Source: an uncultured virus (IMG/VR IMGVR_UViG_3300027743_000022) (Duplodnaviria; Heunggongvirae; Uroviricota; Caudoviricetes). From it: a stretch of DNA of 64,000 nucleotides. The notes below the pieces were generated by a model. The model had not been told where the DNA came from. It saw nothing but the letters and a program-made list of their open reading frames with translations, and did not search any database. Location: the IMG/VR virus record IMGVR_UViG_3300027743_000022; one strand, given 5' to 3'. The stretch's first letter is position 1; the number at the start of each line of letters is the position of its first letter. Positions 23,301 through 31,578 of the stretch are shown here, piece after piece. The position numbers and the translations under genes are program-made.

Positions 23301-25304
23301 AGGTTTACCTGTTTCATCAGTCATCACTCTACCACTATAGGTTAAGTTAGTGGCTCTGTATAACTCATCAAGATTCTTAGCATAAGTTTCTATCTTATCT
23401 AATTTTTTATTAAAACTTTCTTTAGTATCATTAATACTACCTATACCTTGGTCTACTAGTTGTTTAAGTGCTTCATTATCTGTTACTCTAAGTTCTTTCA
23501 AATCTTCTTTAATCATATCAAATCTACCATACTTAATACGAGGCGCTAAATAGTTATGTAACATGTCAGTGTTTAGATCTCTTGCTTCTAACTCATCTCC
23601 ATTTATAACTGCATTTTGTTGTTGTTGTTGTAATACTACTTGTCTGTTAGCATGATTAAGTTTGTCTTTAAAAGCTTCTTGCATACTAGGAGCTCTATCT
23701 AGACTTTCTATAAAAGCAGCTGTATTAGATTTTCTTTCCTTACCTTCTATGAATGTAGCACGAGCTTGCATAGGTCCTCCAGTAAGTCCTCCTAATAATC
23801 CACTCTCCCATCCTTCTTTAGAAACAAAAGCTCCTTTCTTAGCTCCTCTCTCATCTACACCAAACATACCATATAAGAAACCATCAGTCCATACTGATGC
23901 ATCTTCTCCCTGATAAGCTTTTTTGTAATAGTTTTGAGCACCTATTTGTAAAGCATATTGTCCAATCTCTTGACCAGCTTCTTTAGGGTCAAAGAAATAC
24001 TTACCTACACCAACTACTCCTTTATATAATTTTCCAAACTTACTGGTAGGATCAGTAGCAGCAGCCATCCATTTTCCTTCTCTAAGAGCAACATCATCTG
24101 CAGCCCCCATTAAACTATTAGCAGCTTGTCTCTCTGCAGCATATGTTGAACCTAATAATCTATTAAGCTGTCCATACTCTGTAAGTCCTAACAAAGCTAG
24201 ATTACCATAGAAAGATTTTTCTCCTACTGACTGTGAGTACTCATCAATTTCTTTAAGAGCTTCACCTTCAGGTTCAGCTCCATTATGAGTAGATTTATAT
24301 TCTTCTATAAGATTGTTTCTATATTCTTTAGATGTTTGTAATGCTTCAAAGGAAGCTTCACCAGCAGAAGAGTAAGCAGCAATAGCTGTTCTTCTGGCTT
24401 TATCACCAAATTGTGCAAATTTATTTGTAGTCTTTGCAAGATTAGCTAAAGCAGATGAACGTGCTTCTAAGTCAGCTATAGATCCTAGTTCTTTTTGCAT
24501 TAATCCATAAACCTCAGCATTAGCTCCAGAAGAGAATGCTCTGGCTGTATTTCTTAACATAGGAGTAAATAATTTAAATGCTTGTGAAGCCTCAGTTGCA
24601 GCAGTAGCTTTTAATAAACCAGCTCCAATTCTTGCACCTGCTCCACTTAAAAAAGCATTAGCCATATTACCACTATACATAGCACCTACAGCATATCCAG
24701 CATTCTTAATAACTTTATCAAAAAGAAAATTACCTGTTGCCCAGTTATCAGTCTCATACCAATCAGCATTCTTCTCTCTATCTGTATAATAGTTAGGTAA
24801 ATACTCTTGATCCATTTTCTCATTCCAATCATCCATAGCTCTCATTATAGGATTGTCCCATATATCTGAAAGCTTATGAGATACAGTAGCAGCATAAGCA
24901 GCTCCACCAAGCATGGCATAACCACCAGCTACAGTAGTAGCAGCAAGATTAAGTCCTTTTAATACACCATTCTTTCCTTTCTCAAGAAAGCTTTGTCTAT
25001 TACCATAGAAGTCTTCCATACTTTCCATTTCAGGATTGTATGCATCATATCTTTTATTAGCTTCAAGAGTAGCATTAGTTACAAATCTCCCCTGTTCACT
25101 GAAGTCACTATTCGCAGAAGCAGCTCTCATTTTATCAAAGAAAGTTGCACCACTGTTTCCTAAATTAGGAGTAAGAGGACCTAGGTTAGATTTACCTGGA
25201 TCCAGCATAGGAGCAGGTTTAGGAGCTAATATTAAAGGAATCTCCTCATTAGGTAATCCTTGTTCCCTTATAATAGGTTGCATATTTTTATCAAAGTCTG
25301 GCAT
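11388..25304 (-). CDS. Virion-packaged RNA polymerase polyprotein (crAss-type vRNAP), 4638 aa, with zincin-like, macro-like and NADAR domains
   Basis: Catalytic segment GFRIPTQ...AGSDFDIDKL at ~15540-15680; YHEVGE zincin-like motif; C-terminal FGDN..GGQA and NADAR-like sequences; size and synteny. Confidence 0.9.
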   Translation of the reverse strand: MPDFDKNMQPIIREQGLPNEEIPLILAPKPAPMLDPGKSNLGPLTPNLGNSGATFFDKMRAASANSDFSEQGRFVTNATLEANKRYDAYNPEMESMEDFYGNRQSFLEKGKNGVLKGLNLAATTVAGGYAMLGGAAYAATVSHKLSDIWDNPIMRAMDDWNEKMDQEYLPNYYTDREKNADWYETDNWATGNFLFDKVIKNAGYAVGAMYSGNMANAFLSGAGARIGAGLLKATAATEASQAFKLFTPMLRNTARAFSSGANAEVYGLMQKELGSIADLEARSSALANLAKTTNKFAQFGDKARRTAIAAYSSAGEASFEALQTSKEYRNNLIEEYKSTHNGAEPEGEALKEIDEYSQSVGEKSFYGNLALLGLTEYGQLNRLLGSTYAAERQAANSLMGAADDVALREGKWMAAATDPTSKFGKLYKGVVGVGKYFFDPKEAGQEIGQYALQIGAQNYYKKAYQGEDASVWTDGFLYGMFGVDERGAKKGAFVSKEGWESGLLGGLTGGPMQARATFIEGKERKSNTAAFIESLDRAPSMQEAFKDKLNHANRQVVLQQQQQNAVINGDELEARDLNTDMLHNYLAPRIKYGRFDMIKEDLKELRVTDNEALKQLVDQGIGSINDTKESFNKKLDKIETYAKNLDELYRATNLTYSGRVMTDETGKPIPGPDGKFTRRYSPAVIDKMVYSASKIADYETRIPQVNASLVAAGVPTHDVLQNIIENNKPNMAATQEALAHINKLNVTSDVKDKLKTNLSDIIEMSMRRQSYIQEYDDIKDNPLNYVEKDEYRPGEKADMPVEVVQEVETPEGSEEVKQKLEVGKEYSLQEPLVREGSNLIMAPKMTVLAHTLGGEIEVKMPDGKSKFLTPEEFKKYNISEMDNKFPELEEMLMNTINDVLGRPEFAAQKKEFQGAKNKDLDSMLFTMSTSEDTKLQEAIEKEFNDRYNKFMAEARARAEREALFRKRKEDWVKAQAAIEQKSGTAPGIDTTTVNNPKENPRKDADVLYKSSTTESEDLSDPTKASPHIKRARLFLNKIDDFKNRKNIRAILVHANNAKELGLEGIVQLAYGRDLDTPVTDIQDSTDVNKGFLAQVYMVLEGKDKYFVDEQGNKITKVGEQADLDKVVFQTMPTTELTWSNGEARHRSNQKDEAEGQSAGYAKFRSKLFASNPTNFDMYEIKVSKGFAIENTPREFNQVGDVLIDNDRIATEQTIIDIPTKGTVAHGGENFNYPDGVPVFKFGSKIVFLNNRNINDNQANALYETIKTVTDKLKDQLVRNQPIYIESPELDFIQNVLYWNKKKTDSPSAIQIDEENMNLIIGGKSFPLTEIALRKDEILDQLKKAWFSTNNTTIKKYHSEPFTEFYMDGDVLKQREWTNYQSYLLSNKHPDGSARSAVETPLTTAVAKPTPEIPYSFAQKYSILQDLEYEVPAPKTKPGKQPAPPTTTGVDVVTVDGTEIALDVKELNKLNLPIGEVEFTVSLDNGKPDVTVMGGKGLEDFLEKNKDEVPANVIKTLGDGYDADGTVKDNLTRFVEFRIAAMIYTEIGKSGVKKRAPQQPPAPPVTVPVVIDVNGVATTLDGKTENTIKDAKIGDIKYTASLDATGSPVVEITGGDGYNDFVKKNEAAIPAPMQAVMETLGIYDEDASNADNLKELTNARVRAALVDALKKKQAPAPTVTRKPIEILSTDDKDLLYNQKVELEAKAAEMSARMASLTDDESAEFKEINSVIRQLNGKLVGYKPTAAPAQVTVVSPAGSRLGNLGAGGRRGAGTPFNNQTSGIGNAPDPTINNVPFRLMGVADRHRMTEEELEIFKDWAAEKLPLIPYEVLENIIQTNDGRKAWGVFENGVAKFVKGGLRGTEYHEVGEAIWNGLLTEKEQQDLLDEFKAKQGAFTDRETLKRILYSEATDNQAKERILDDFADFRVGKLPARNLAEKIGNFFQRIINFFRSFVNQPSLKDQLFNAIEAGEFKEKALPTGIERLEPQYRAVEGLNETETHMFVEDMLARAAGILSRDGQKDALYSPAPIDSEEVWDEIWDMYEEGGKSPYLTPTAWSQLKDKVRDRLRTLGYSMETENPNINTEGTNKNDYTKETFAPEGKNSATKAVKFSTATLIERESIDQGKSSGFERPKPKQEKGKLGFLKLVNFNKVYSTLLDRISNTSSVSKFVDKLVSLANDDGNFVSTFERVGGNLADKTIPFSQFKFSDWRFFIDYMQSFGNRQKPDALIQYKRLGETYTGSANLFNASRLERNKWMENMRALAKDKEKTITLIKQNQEVTLPKLISYDRLTQTYVVSSEALKSYPIKTKSDMTVFLQALGIEFTMSTHRKLKTDKNKNEFANAVSGLHRYIADNPSVMTLSGKILNVEGHINKIAELFTTVESPNQDPTYFGVEGQRVGSYSENNVPSVFENVFNEVEDLEELKELMPQLKDIFSDNSQILKLGGMFFNTDGTRTEVPLKVKYIQGTQDLDNNKGVSTSGLGTGERMSQEINQNLNGDYFVLIPADGTTEWMINLGNVVTFRDFNGTAKRANDKKASIFKGYLIDDVKLALDDVNRSRLKNIKGRATQLRFFKDFLSSTAEGQKLLDKINEKLNDKVSTFEDVEPLINDNMNVIMDAVNAYIENTVAQTKENLMSTNQMDNHGEELELYNYKGLNTQFAIDNKFKTHEMSEDLVNQVLRFANTNYIINNIEYHKILFGDPYQFKESKGKLDLTKRIKSFLSPRRTTFDHPEFNSFLNREMNMVGDIVLKKGDPGYHDHKSYANATVLADNNILGSLTSLINLYGETNETDGFSILMDNTYREIKMKNKQWDDTAEAFHQWQMAFTRQNMPGYKYTDAALKAHDELMLQKECPKHHIEVLKPIVTGSTYNKNEFHTILHKMSQMPIYYSMVQGTTMEKFYTKMMDQGMGYGVFESGAKVGIETTHPLYNGNGTFNDEAFNNTIQVPWTAYGIQVETTSEGEHSQTRGSQLTKMATMDIFNNGQIIGNTPERQKEIMDEYNRNKEMLDLMHENAYNELLNNLSIQDLGDNYVMTDGRSVAETLMREMLRRNVSDNAKESLELTEDNQFVIPFEASPAYDQMRKIIYSMIDKALVSPKMSGGAHVQVPVTMFEDAKKGRRIALKTKDENGNPSWKHISRAEYETLSDEEKKNVAITDDTLKFYSKEDPYCEILVPHWFKNNFPKKKNESDREHEKRILNYLNTPEGKKILSGIGFRIPTQALSSVEVFRVKGFLPQYMGHTVVVPSEITSKAGSDFDIDKLNMYLKSIYLDANGNMRLVEYKGSEEATKEFYAKVYEDTKAKQIADLGKFDEFREKLLPLLGHMSDVEGQSFDLLSTLTDYDEEQRKFVEFHKNIIGDIIEQANEKGVTAIDYLLNQVDDIETEKAKLTEQALKGKLKDDFIKTNYKKSLENEYYDSLEKLITLPEVFDRLIKPVDDAGLSVLAAELDELRGYDESTIKNRTLDRNYMTNLRHSFVVAKKWVGIAAANITSLALKQKAMVYINPERFEGLSVQQRSFLGDGVVQLDHNAVYNAAGHKFISLSGTHTHDGGELISDRYSGYATAFVDVAKDPFIMKIIQSDTVVGMFMFLENIGVGKRSAYFMAQPIIVEYLKLLEKRGSKNIFSKKNIAEIRAEFRISGDHIQQDEGLFNQNNLKRHIEDYYKDGMKDSLLLDDNFIMEQSNIFDEFLKYAVMADQSFQFTQSMTYDTTRVTNGDHFARKQWDTDRVRNTNIITSVDEVLDKSHIGKQKDTIDKAMQSMSAIFKLEQRELVAITQKVLKPYAANKFISEDEFNKIANKLKSSFMDYIITTANKLNMRIEELVVSDVTSAASRLADLKLKYPENELLKSLEVEASVREGGAKTIKLNVNVKEAYDENRFTGMMREMRDTDQDLRDFYYDLLDISIIQGTSPSAVSIRNIIPIEDFAAEVAPIMSQLQATPELDVFSRGYFQRNNFGDNKIVPTVTPNFELEDEYIDEYGEERGWYTSKNFPDYPSYGISSNDRKILFLSEKTNSAEVEYEVIKIPRVIGDVFTDRIDLKTGATITDNDYIQRKKIGDYTLNDFYGYQKVRYASGEAVKKYNIKNDSEQYIYKLVNLLGDGNRASEYYTDIRPSVINNPSVKVEVELTDDEVIEIINAKKATATIKEKVPLETIDEIEDAKEFTNAMLEYVEAQKVTRGYLKIDGQNYYIDKNLQKTIRNAEGGYDFYIYPNGKTNEDGEYDQLALRRYIASSYPGSTEFFSDEDEGRAKAAERKPGAEIAARPAGVPLVVAGVEKTTSIITRDFVKANPNTLFLFGDNDIRTGLGGQAKEMRGEPNTIGISTKKLPSNEDSAFKTDSEYDNNKFIITNDVNRAIKAAKSGRFNKVVIPPIGVGLAKLEEKAPMTYAFLQKELDRLEKEVTEVTTPTSTNIYAGTGENSDLSNFAVRPFKFYVQQNNRSIGYMGERNFQSVEQAFQWHKVQYSQMQTHRVPSKVLQDDIDRNQLAQEILNTTDGKTLRELGRRFKLDNKAWDKDSNYIMKTLLKASFEQNPQALQRLLATGNEELTHTQDKGKWGTEFPKLLMEVRSELAKVTPVTPPTTSTEYTSSDFYDGGTGQRTEEASRNVWNKMAMDHPFNPAFTTTFEEFKELDRKTQDKLLDCYGIPF

Positions 25305-25315
25305 TGGAATATGAT

Positions 25316-27913
25316 TTAAAGTCCTTTAATCATTTGTTTTATCTGAGGATCAATAGTAGGATCTGATAGAAACTGTTGTTTAATGTCAGCATCATTAAGG
25401 CTTTGGATAACCCTAACACCTTGCTCTCTGCTCACTGGATACTCAACGGTAGATGTAACTGGTCCTTCAGGAGTATTCAATTGTAGTGATATGTATTGTT
25501 TATTTGTATCTGACTTATTCCATTTTAAATCAGCACCAACATTAAGTCTTGTTCCTTTTATATTTGTGTTATCAAACATACAATCTGCAAACTTACCTGT
25601 TGGATTAGTATTACCATTCCCAAGATACTGAGCTTTAACTATAGACTTAGTTAAAGCATTAGGAGCTTTAGGATCATGATGTGGTATTTTAGATGCTTGA
25701 TCTGGAGTAAGAGGTACCATAACTTCTTCTCCTCCTTTAAGCATTACAAGATAAGTATTATCTCCTTGTTCAACTTTAGAATAAACAATATTATCTCTCT
25801 CTTTACTAGATATCCATTCTTTACCTTTCTTAATATTAGCTTCACTTAATTTATCATGAGCTCCAACAGCACCAGCTTCATTCAGAACATCTCCATATGA
25901 AGCTAATGCAGTACCAACTATTCCTTCCCAGTTTCTTCTTGCATAGTTTCCTTCTCCACTACCAAAGGTTATAGTAGTTTGTCTTGGAATATAGGAACCA
26001 GTTATGTCTTTAAAAACCTCATTAATTTTTATATTACGAATCTGGTTCATCTTAGCTATCTCTGGAACAATTCTTTTTCTGTAAGTTTCAAGAGTAGGAC
26101 TCTTACCATTATCTATTCTTGCTAATAGTTTTTCTTTTGCAGTAAGTGGAGGTGCTCCTCTCTTACCACTCTCATCAGTGCTACTAGTCATTCTGAAAGT
26201 TTCAGATACCAATATTCTACCAGCTTCTTTTTTCTTTAAATAGTCAACTATTTCTTTTTTACTAAAAGCTATTCTATTACCATCAGCATTTACTGTAAGA
26301 TTAGGTATGTCACTAATTGAACTCATTATTTTACTGGATACCTGTTTAAATTCTTTACTGTTTTCTATCTCATCTGTTTTTTGTTTGATAGTAGCATTAA
26401 GTCTTGTAGCTGATTTTCTATTAGAAATAACTTGATCAGCCAGTTCTCTTGCTTCAATTGGAATTATATTTTTTGAACTACCTCCTAATTTAAACCAATT
26501 AGGATCTCCTGCCTGATATTTATCAAGAGCGGCTTTAATCTGTGTTTCACTGGTACCAGGTACAGCCTTAACCATTGCCTTTATACCAGCATCAGTAGCA
26601 TCATTATACATCTTAGCTTCGTCATATATAGCTGATACAGGATCTTTTATAAGAGTACTCTTACCACCATATCCTTCAAAGGGAGCATCTGTACCATATA
26701 ATTCAAACTGTTGTTTTCTAAAAGCCAAATCATAATTCTTATCAGCTAACAGCATATCATGTCTACCTTTATACTCATTCCAGTTTTGTGCTCTAACTGA
26801 TAAAGCAAACTTACTTTTATCAAGAGAATAATTTTTCTCCCAGTGTTCTGCTTCCAATACAGGATTGGAAAGCAAATTAGCTTTATTGTGTTCCCATGAG
26901 TTAGCTGCAGCAAACTGAGCAATAGCACCATTCTTATATATCATTCCTTTAGCAGCCTCTGGATTAGCTTGTATACTTGCTACCTCATCATTATAATTTT
27001 GTTGATAGGCTGAATTTTGAGATGTCAAGCTACTAATAGCATCTTCTGCCTGTTTCTTAATAACAGAGTTGGAAGTAGACAAAGCTGCTAATCCTTTCAA
27101 ATCTCTAATCCTTGCATTGTTATCATTAATAAGTTTAGAATACTTTTCATTTGAATATCCTAACATACTCTGTGGAGTATCATATTGTCTGAATGTATAT
27201 CTACCATCAACAGTTAATTGGTTCATCTCATCAGGAGTTAAAGAAGCACTAAGAGCATTTGCTATCTTACCAGACGATACACTTTCTTTACTTAGTCTTT
27301 GCATAGCAGCTGCTGTTTTACCATAGTTAATGGAACCATCAGCATTTTTCTCATAAGGAATATCAGTCTCTCTCAAATCTGAGTGCAATCCCTTCATAAC
27401 ATCCATCCATTTCTTTTGTACATCTACATATGGAGTATACTTTACATTGAAAGATTCATTTATATCTGATGAGTTTAACCATCCACTAGAGTCTTTACCA
27501 AATACCCATTCATTAGAAACAGATGATTTGCCAGCTTTCCTAGCCTCTTCCATATTAGTTAATTCCTTTCTGTATTTAGCAGTTGAATAAACAGCATTCT
27601 GTACACCCTTATCTCTGACTATTTGTTTAGTCATTCCAGAGACAGAATTAACCATTTGAAAGTTAGAAAAGTCAGCACTAGCTACACCCTTTAATTTGTT
27701 ACCTAGTTGGTTCATCTTAGATTGCAAATAGGCTTTATCAACATCTCTGATAACATCTAGTCCAGCTATGTTGTCTATCTGGGTTTGTATCTTTTGTACC
27801 CCCTCTTCATAAGCTTTTTGTTTTTGTACCCCTACAGATACCATAGCCTCCACAGGAAGCTGTTGTATGTAGGGGTTAAAACGAGGGGGTTGGTTGTCTG
27901 TAAATGACGCCAT
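25316..27913 (-). CDS. Internal virion cargo protein, 865 aa
   Basis: Helical Q/K-rich N-terminus (FNPYIQQLPVEAM); lies immediately upstream of the vRNAP in the cargo cluster. Confidence 0.65.
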   Translation of the reverse strand: MASFTDNQPPRFNPYIQQLPVEAMVSVGVQKQKAYEEGVQKIQTQIDNIAGLDVIRDVDKAYLQSKMNQLGNKLKGVASADFSNFQMVNSVSGMTKQIVRDKGVQNAVYSTAKYRKELTNMEEARKAGKSSVSNEWVFGKDSSGWLNSSDINESFNVKYTPYVDVQKKWMDVMKGLHSDLRETDIPYEKNADGSINYGKTAAAMQRLSKESVSSGKIANALSASLTPDEMNQLTVDGRYTFRQYDTPQSMLGYSNEKYSKLINDNNARIRDLKGLAALSTSNSVIKKQAEDAISSLTSQNSAYQQNYNDEVASIQANPEAAKGMIYKNGAIAQFAAANSWEHNKANLLSNPVLEAEHWEKNYSLDKSKFALSVRAQNWNEYKGRHDMLLADKNYDLAFRKQQFELYGTDAPFEGYGGKSTLIKDPVSAIYDEAKMYNDATDAGIKAMVKAVPGTSETQIKAALDKYQAGDPNWFKLGGSSKNIIPIEARELADQVISNRKSATRLNATIKQKTDEIENSKEFKQVSSKIMSSISDIPNLTVNADGNRIAFSKKEIVDYLKKKEAGRILVSETFRMTSSTDESGKRGAPPLTAKEKLLARIDNGKSPTLETYRKRIVPEIAKMNQIRNIKINEVFKDITGSYIPRQTTITFGSGEGNYARRNWEGIVGTALASYGDVLNEAGAVGAHDKLSEANIKKGKEWISSKERDNIVYSKVEQGDNTYLVMLKGGEEVMVPLTPDQASKIPHHDPKAPNALTKSIVKAQYLGNGNTNPTGKFADCMFDNTNIKGTRLNVGADLKWNKSDTNKQYISLQLNTPEGPVTSTVEYPVSREQGVRVIQSLNDADIKQQFLSDPTIDPQIKQMIKGL

Positions 27914-27927
27914 GACTTAAGTTTTGA

Positions 27928-27935
27928 CAAAGTTA
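27928..27935 (-). promoter_or_regulatory. Bacteroidota -7 promoter element (TAACTTTG) for the cargo/vRNAP operon
   Basis: Exact TAnnTTTG in an AT-rich intergenic gap 14 nt upstream of the ATG at 27913. Confidence 0.6.
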
Positions 27936-27975
27936 ATAGAATTTATTATAATATAAAAGTAACTAACTAAGCTGA

Positions 27976-30900
27976 TTAGAGTCCTTTAAATGCTTTGATT
28001 ATACTACCTTGACGAGCTTTTTTCTCTTCAGCTTTTTTCTCTTCAGGAGTTTTTTCAGGTGCTACAGGTTGCATACCAACTATATTACCTTTATTATCAT
28101 ATACAGGAACATGACTTATATTACCTGATCTTGGACTATAAATACCTTGGTCTACATTAAATGAAGCAGGAGCACCTGTATTAAGTATATTGAAGTTCTT
28201 ATCATATGAATACTGAGGAAACATATTAGAATAAGTTTGAAGAGTTTTGTTCTCCAATCTATTCTGACCTATTTTACTTGCCACAGAATTAAGAGCTTCT
28301 TGCATAGCTCGTCTAGTATTAGTACCAGCTTGTTCTCGTCTTACATATTGTTGATCAGCTATTTGAAGATTTTTCAATTGAGCATCATTAAGAGTAGCTC
28401 TGTTACCTGAGTAAACCTGATTCTTCATAGCCTGATTAGCTCTGAATTGTTCTGCTAATACTTTACTATTAGCACTATATTTCTGAGCAGCTAATGCAGC
28501 TAAGGCCTCTGGATTATTTCCTAAAGATCTTTGCATAGCATTAAAATCAGCTTGATTCTCATTTAACTGATCTTGATATGATATGTCATAAGGAACATCT
28601 AACTGTGGTTTATAGAAGTTAGCTTGTACAGGTTCTACCTGATTATTAGAAAGAGCAAACATCTCTCCTGCTAATTGATCACCAAGTAAAGGTTCACCAG
28701 GAGTCTTTCTCATCCAAGGTAATATCTGTCCTGCAAGAGTTTCCCAACCTGATTGACGATAAGGAGTAACTTGATAGTTAGGATTAACAGTAGTAGTTTG
28801 TGCAGTAGTTGGTGCTACAGCTTTTTTAAGTTTAAGTAAGTCATCTGCAGCCCAACCATAACCAAGTTTCTTATCTACAAAAGGACTTGTTCCATATAAT
28901 TGTTTATGTCTTGCATCAATCAATGGTTTAGATTCTGGATGATTCAACAAGAAATTTTGAAACTCTTCATTACCTCTTCCAGTAAATCCTAAATTTTCAG
29001 CAATTTGATCCCATTGTTCTCCTGTAAATGAGGAAGCTGTTTTCTTTCCATATTTATTTCCAGGCATAACATTACCAGCCCAAGGTTCAAGACCATACTT
29101 ACTTGTGTAACCACTAGTAGGTGCACCTGTAGCACCCACAGCACTTGGAGTAGCACCTACTGTAGGTGTAGTACCTCTATTAGTAGCAGCTGGTTTAACT
29201 GATCCTACAGTTCCAGGAGTGCCAACTGTACGTTGAGGCTGTCCAGACTGTCTTGCTTGAGTAACTTGTACAGGAGCAACATCAGTGTTCTTAGCTACTG
29301 AGATTGTTCTTGCAGTTTCTGCAGGAGCTGTGATAGATTGACCTGCAACTGGATTAGCACTTGGTAAAGGAGCTTTAACACGAGCCATTGGATTTCCAAA
29401 ACTACCTACACCAAAACCACCTGGGTTAAGTTGTGCTAATACATCTTTCATTCTTTGTTCACCCATTCCTACAGGAATCTGAGGATAAATAGATTTCTGA
29501 GGAGTCATTCTATTATATAAAACATCTTTAGATAAGTCTATAGGTTTAGTAGGAGTTTGTTTAGAAGTTTGTATTATAGCTCGTTTAGCAGAAGCAGGTA
29601 AATTATTAAAGTTAATACCAGGATTAAACAAACCTGGATTAAGTATATTTTGTAAAGCTTGTGCTGCTTTCAACTTATCACTACCATTTTGAGCTTTTAG
29701 TAATCCACCATTCTTAGCTGTCATTGGATTGTTGAATTTAAGTTTACCTCTTGATAGGTCACCAGAATCCACTCCCCATTCTTCAGCAGTATCATTTACA
29801 GCTTCTTGATATTCAAGAAGATTATTTGTCTTATTAGCATTTGCTGCATATTGTTCTTCTATTCCTTGTTGATTTAATATATAGGAATTCTTTCTAAGTT
29901 TATCAAGTGGAGTTTTTTCCTCTAAATCAGCCATAGCTAATTTATTCTTTTTTTCAAACTTGTTAAGCCTAGCATCATCTTTAGCTATGTCTGCATTTAT
30001 ATTTTTAACTTTCTGTCCTTGATATTCAGCTAAATCAGGATATAGGTTAACACCTAATTTATTAAAAGTCTGATCACCAGCTATAACAGCAGAAGTATTA
30101 CCAACACTACCACCATCTTCTCTTTCACTAATAGGTTCACCTCTTTCAGCTTCTACTTGATTACCAGCATAATTCATAATAACACCACTATGTCTTCCAT
30201 TACTTTCATCATGAGATTGACCTCTAATCATACTAGTTATCCCTGTCCCTGGAGTATATGGATTATAAGATATAGGTTCTAGATATCCTCCTGATATAGT
30301 TTCAATATCTCCCACACTATTAGTTCTAAGATTACCTCCTGTACGAAGAGTATCCATATCATCAAAGTAGTGTTTAAGATCATTTTGAGTAAGACCATTA
30401 AACTTAGTTATTAACTGTGGATTGGTAAGATTACCACCATGTTCAAATACTCCTGAGTATTGATTTTGATAACGTCCAATAGAATTCATTCCTGCCATAT
30501 TATACACATTACCCATCATTTGATTATTCTGGTATTCAGTTCTTTCAGGATTTCTATCCAACATTCCACCTACAGTCTTAAACAATGGTTTAGATATAGC
30601 TCCTGCTATAGGACCTACACCTGGTATCATACCAAATACATCAGCAAAACCACCACCTATTACAGATCCAGCATCATTACCAGCTAAACCACCAGCTACA
30701 CTACCAGCAGCATTACCAAATCCTGACCAATCAAATGAAGAATCTGCACCAGCTCCTAACATACCACTTAAATTAAATCCACCTGCAGCTTTACCACCAT
30801 AAGCAAATGATTTAACTTGATTAATATTATCAAAAGGCTCAAAGCCAACATCTTCATATACATCTATAGGATTAAAATCATCACTTATCTTTCCACCAAA

Positions 30901-31578
30901 ATTCATTTTACCACCATGTTTAGTAAGTACATTTGTACCTACACCATATGTTGGAAACAAAGCATTAGCATCTATAGTAGGAGTTATTGACTGTCTAAAT
31001 TTTCTCTGAGTATCAGCTATATCAGTATACTTATTTACATCAGGAGTCTGTGATGCTTTAAGAGCTGCAGCACTTACCTGATTCCATTGCTGAGCACCTT
31101 TAAGAGCATCTCTCTCAGCTTTAAGAGCTTTAAATCCACCTACTACTTTATCAACTCCAGGCATCATATTACCAATAGTTTCCCAAGGACTTATTCCTTT
31201 TGCTGTTGGATAAGGACTATTCTTTGGACCAAAGGTTGTATTAACTGATGCATCAGGTCCTTCTAGTATATCTTGAATACCATTTCTATTTGTATCACCA
31301 CCAGTATTTATAGCTCCAGGATTAGGATTAGTAAAGCTAGGATAGTTCTGTGCTTGTGGTCCAGGTAATGGTCCAGGTCCTTGTATATTAGGTTGGAAGT
31401 TTTCATAAGCATCAGGAATACCATTCCCATTTTTATCCATATTACCACCATACTGCATACTTAGCAATTGATGTAACTCTTTACCATGTTTAGCCATGAA
31501 TGATTCCTGAGTTGGAAACATTTTATAGAACTCTTTCTCATTCTTAGCTCCTGATATTTTTAAAATGTGTGCTTTCAT
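27976..31578 (-). CDS. Internal virion cargo protein (crAss C1-like), 1200 aa
   Basis: Low complexity, repeated xxGG motifs, GQSHDE..G..VEAERGE segment, Gly/Ala hydrophobic stretch, Q/N coiled coil; position after the muzzle. Confidence 0.65.
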   Translation of the reverse strand: MKAHILKISGAKNEKEFYKMFPTQESFMAKHGKELHQLLSMQYGGNMDKNGNGIPDAYENFQPNIQGPGPLPGPQAQNYPSFTNPNPGAINTGGDTNRNGIQDILEGPDASVNTTFGPKNSPYPTAKGISPWETIGNMMPGVDKVVGGFKALKAERDALKGAQQWNQVSAAALKASQTPDVNKYTDIADTQRKFRQSITPTIDANALFPTYGVGTNVLTKHGGKMNFGGKISDDFNPIDVYEDVGFEPFDNINQVKSFAYGGKAAGGFNLSGMLGAGADSSFDWSGFGNAAGSVAGGLAGNDAGSVIGGGFADVFGMIPGVGPIAGAISKPLFKTVGGMLDRNPERTEYQNNQMMGNVYNMAGMNSIGRYQNQYSGVFEHGGNLTNPQLITKFNGLTQNDLKHYFDDMDTLRTGGNLRTNSVGDIETISGGYLEPISYNPYTPGTGITSMIRGQSHDESNGRHSGVIMNYAGNQVEAERGEPISEREDGGSVGNTSAVIAGDQTFNKLGVNLYPDLAEYQGQKVKNINADIAKDDARLNKFEKKNKLAMADLEEKTPLDKLRKNSYILNQQGIEEQYAANANKTNNLLEYQEAVNDTAEEWGVDSGDLSRGKLKFNNPMTAKNGGLLKAQNGSDKLKAAQALQNILNPGLFNPGINFNNLPASAKRAIIQTSKQTPTKPIDLSKDVLYNRMTPQKSIYPQIPVGMGEQRMKDVLAQLNPGGFGVGSFGNPMARVKAPLPSANPVAGQSITAPAETARTISVAKNTDVAPVQVTQARQSGQPQRTVGTPGTVGSVKPAATNRGTTPTVGATPSAVGATGAPTSGYTSKYGLEPWAGNVMPGNKYGKKTASSFTGEQWDQIAENLGFTGRGNEEFQNFLLNHPESKPLIDARHKQLYGTSPFVDKKLGYGWAADDLLKLKKAVAPTTAQTTTVNPNYQVTPYRQSGWETLAGQILPWMRKTPGEPLLGDQLAGEMFALSNNQVEPVQANFYKPQLDVPYDISYQDQLNENQADFNAMQRSLGNNPEALAALAAQKYSANSKVLAEQFRANQAMKNQVYSGNRATLNDAQLKNLQIADQQYVRREQAGTNTRRAMQEALNSVASKIGQNRLENKTLQTYSNMFPQYSYDKNFNILNTGAPASFNVDQGIYSPRSGNISHVPVYDNKGNIVGMQPVAPEKTPEEKKAEEKKARQGSIIKAFKGL

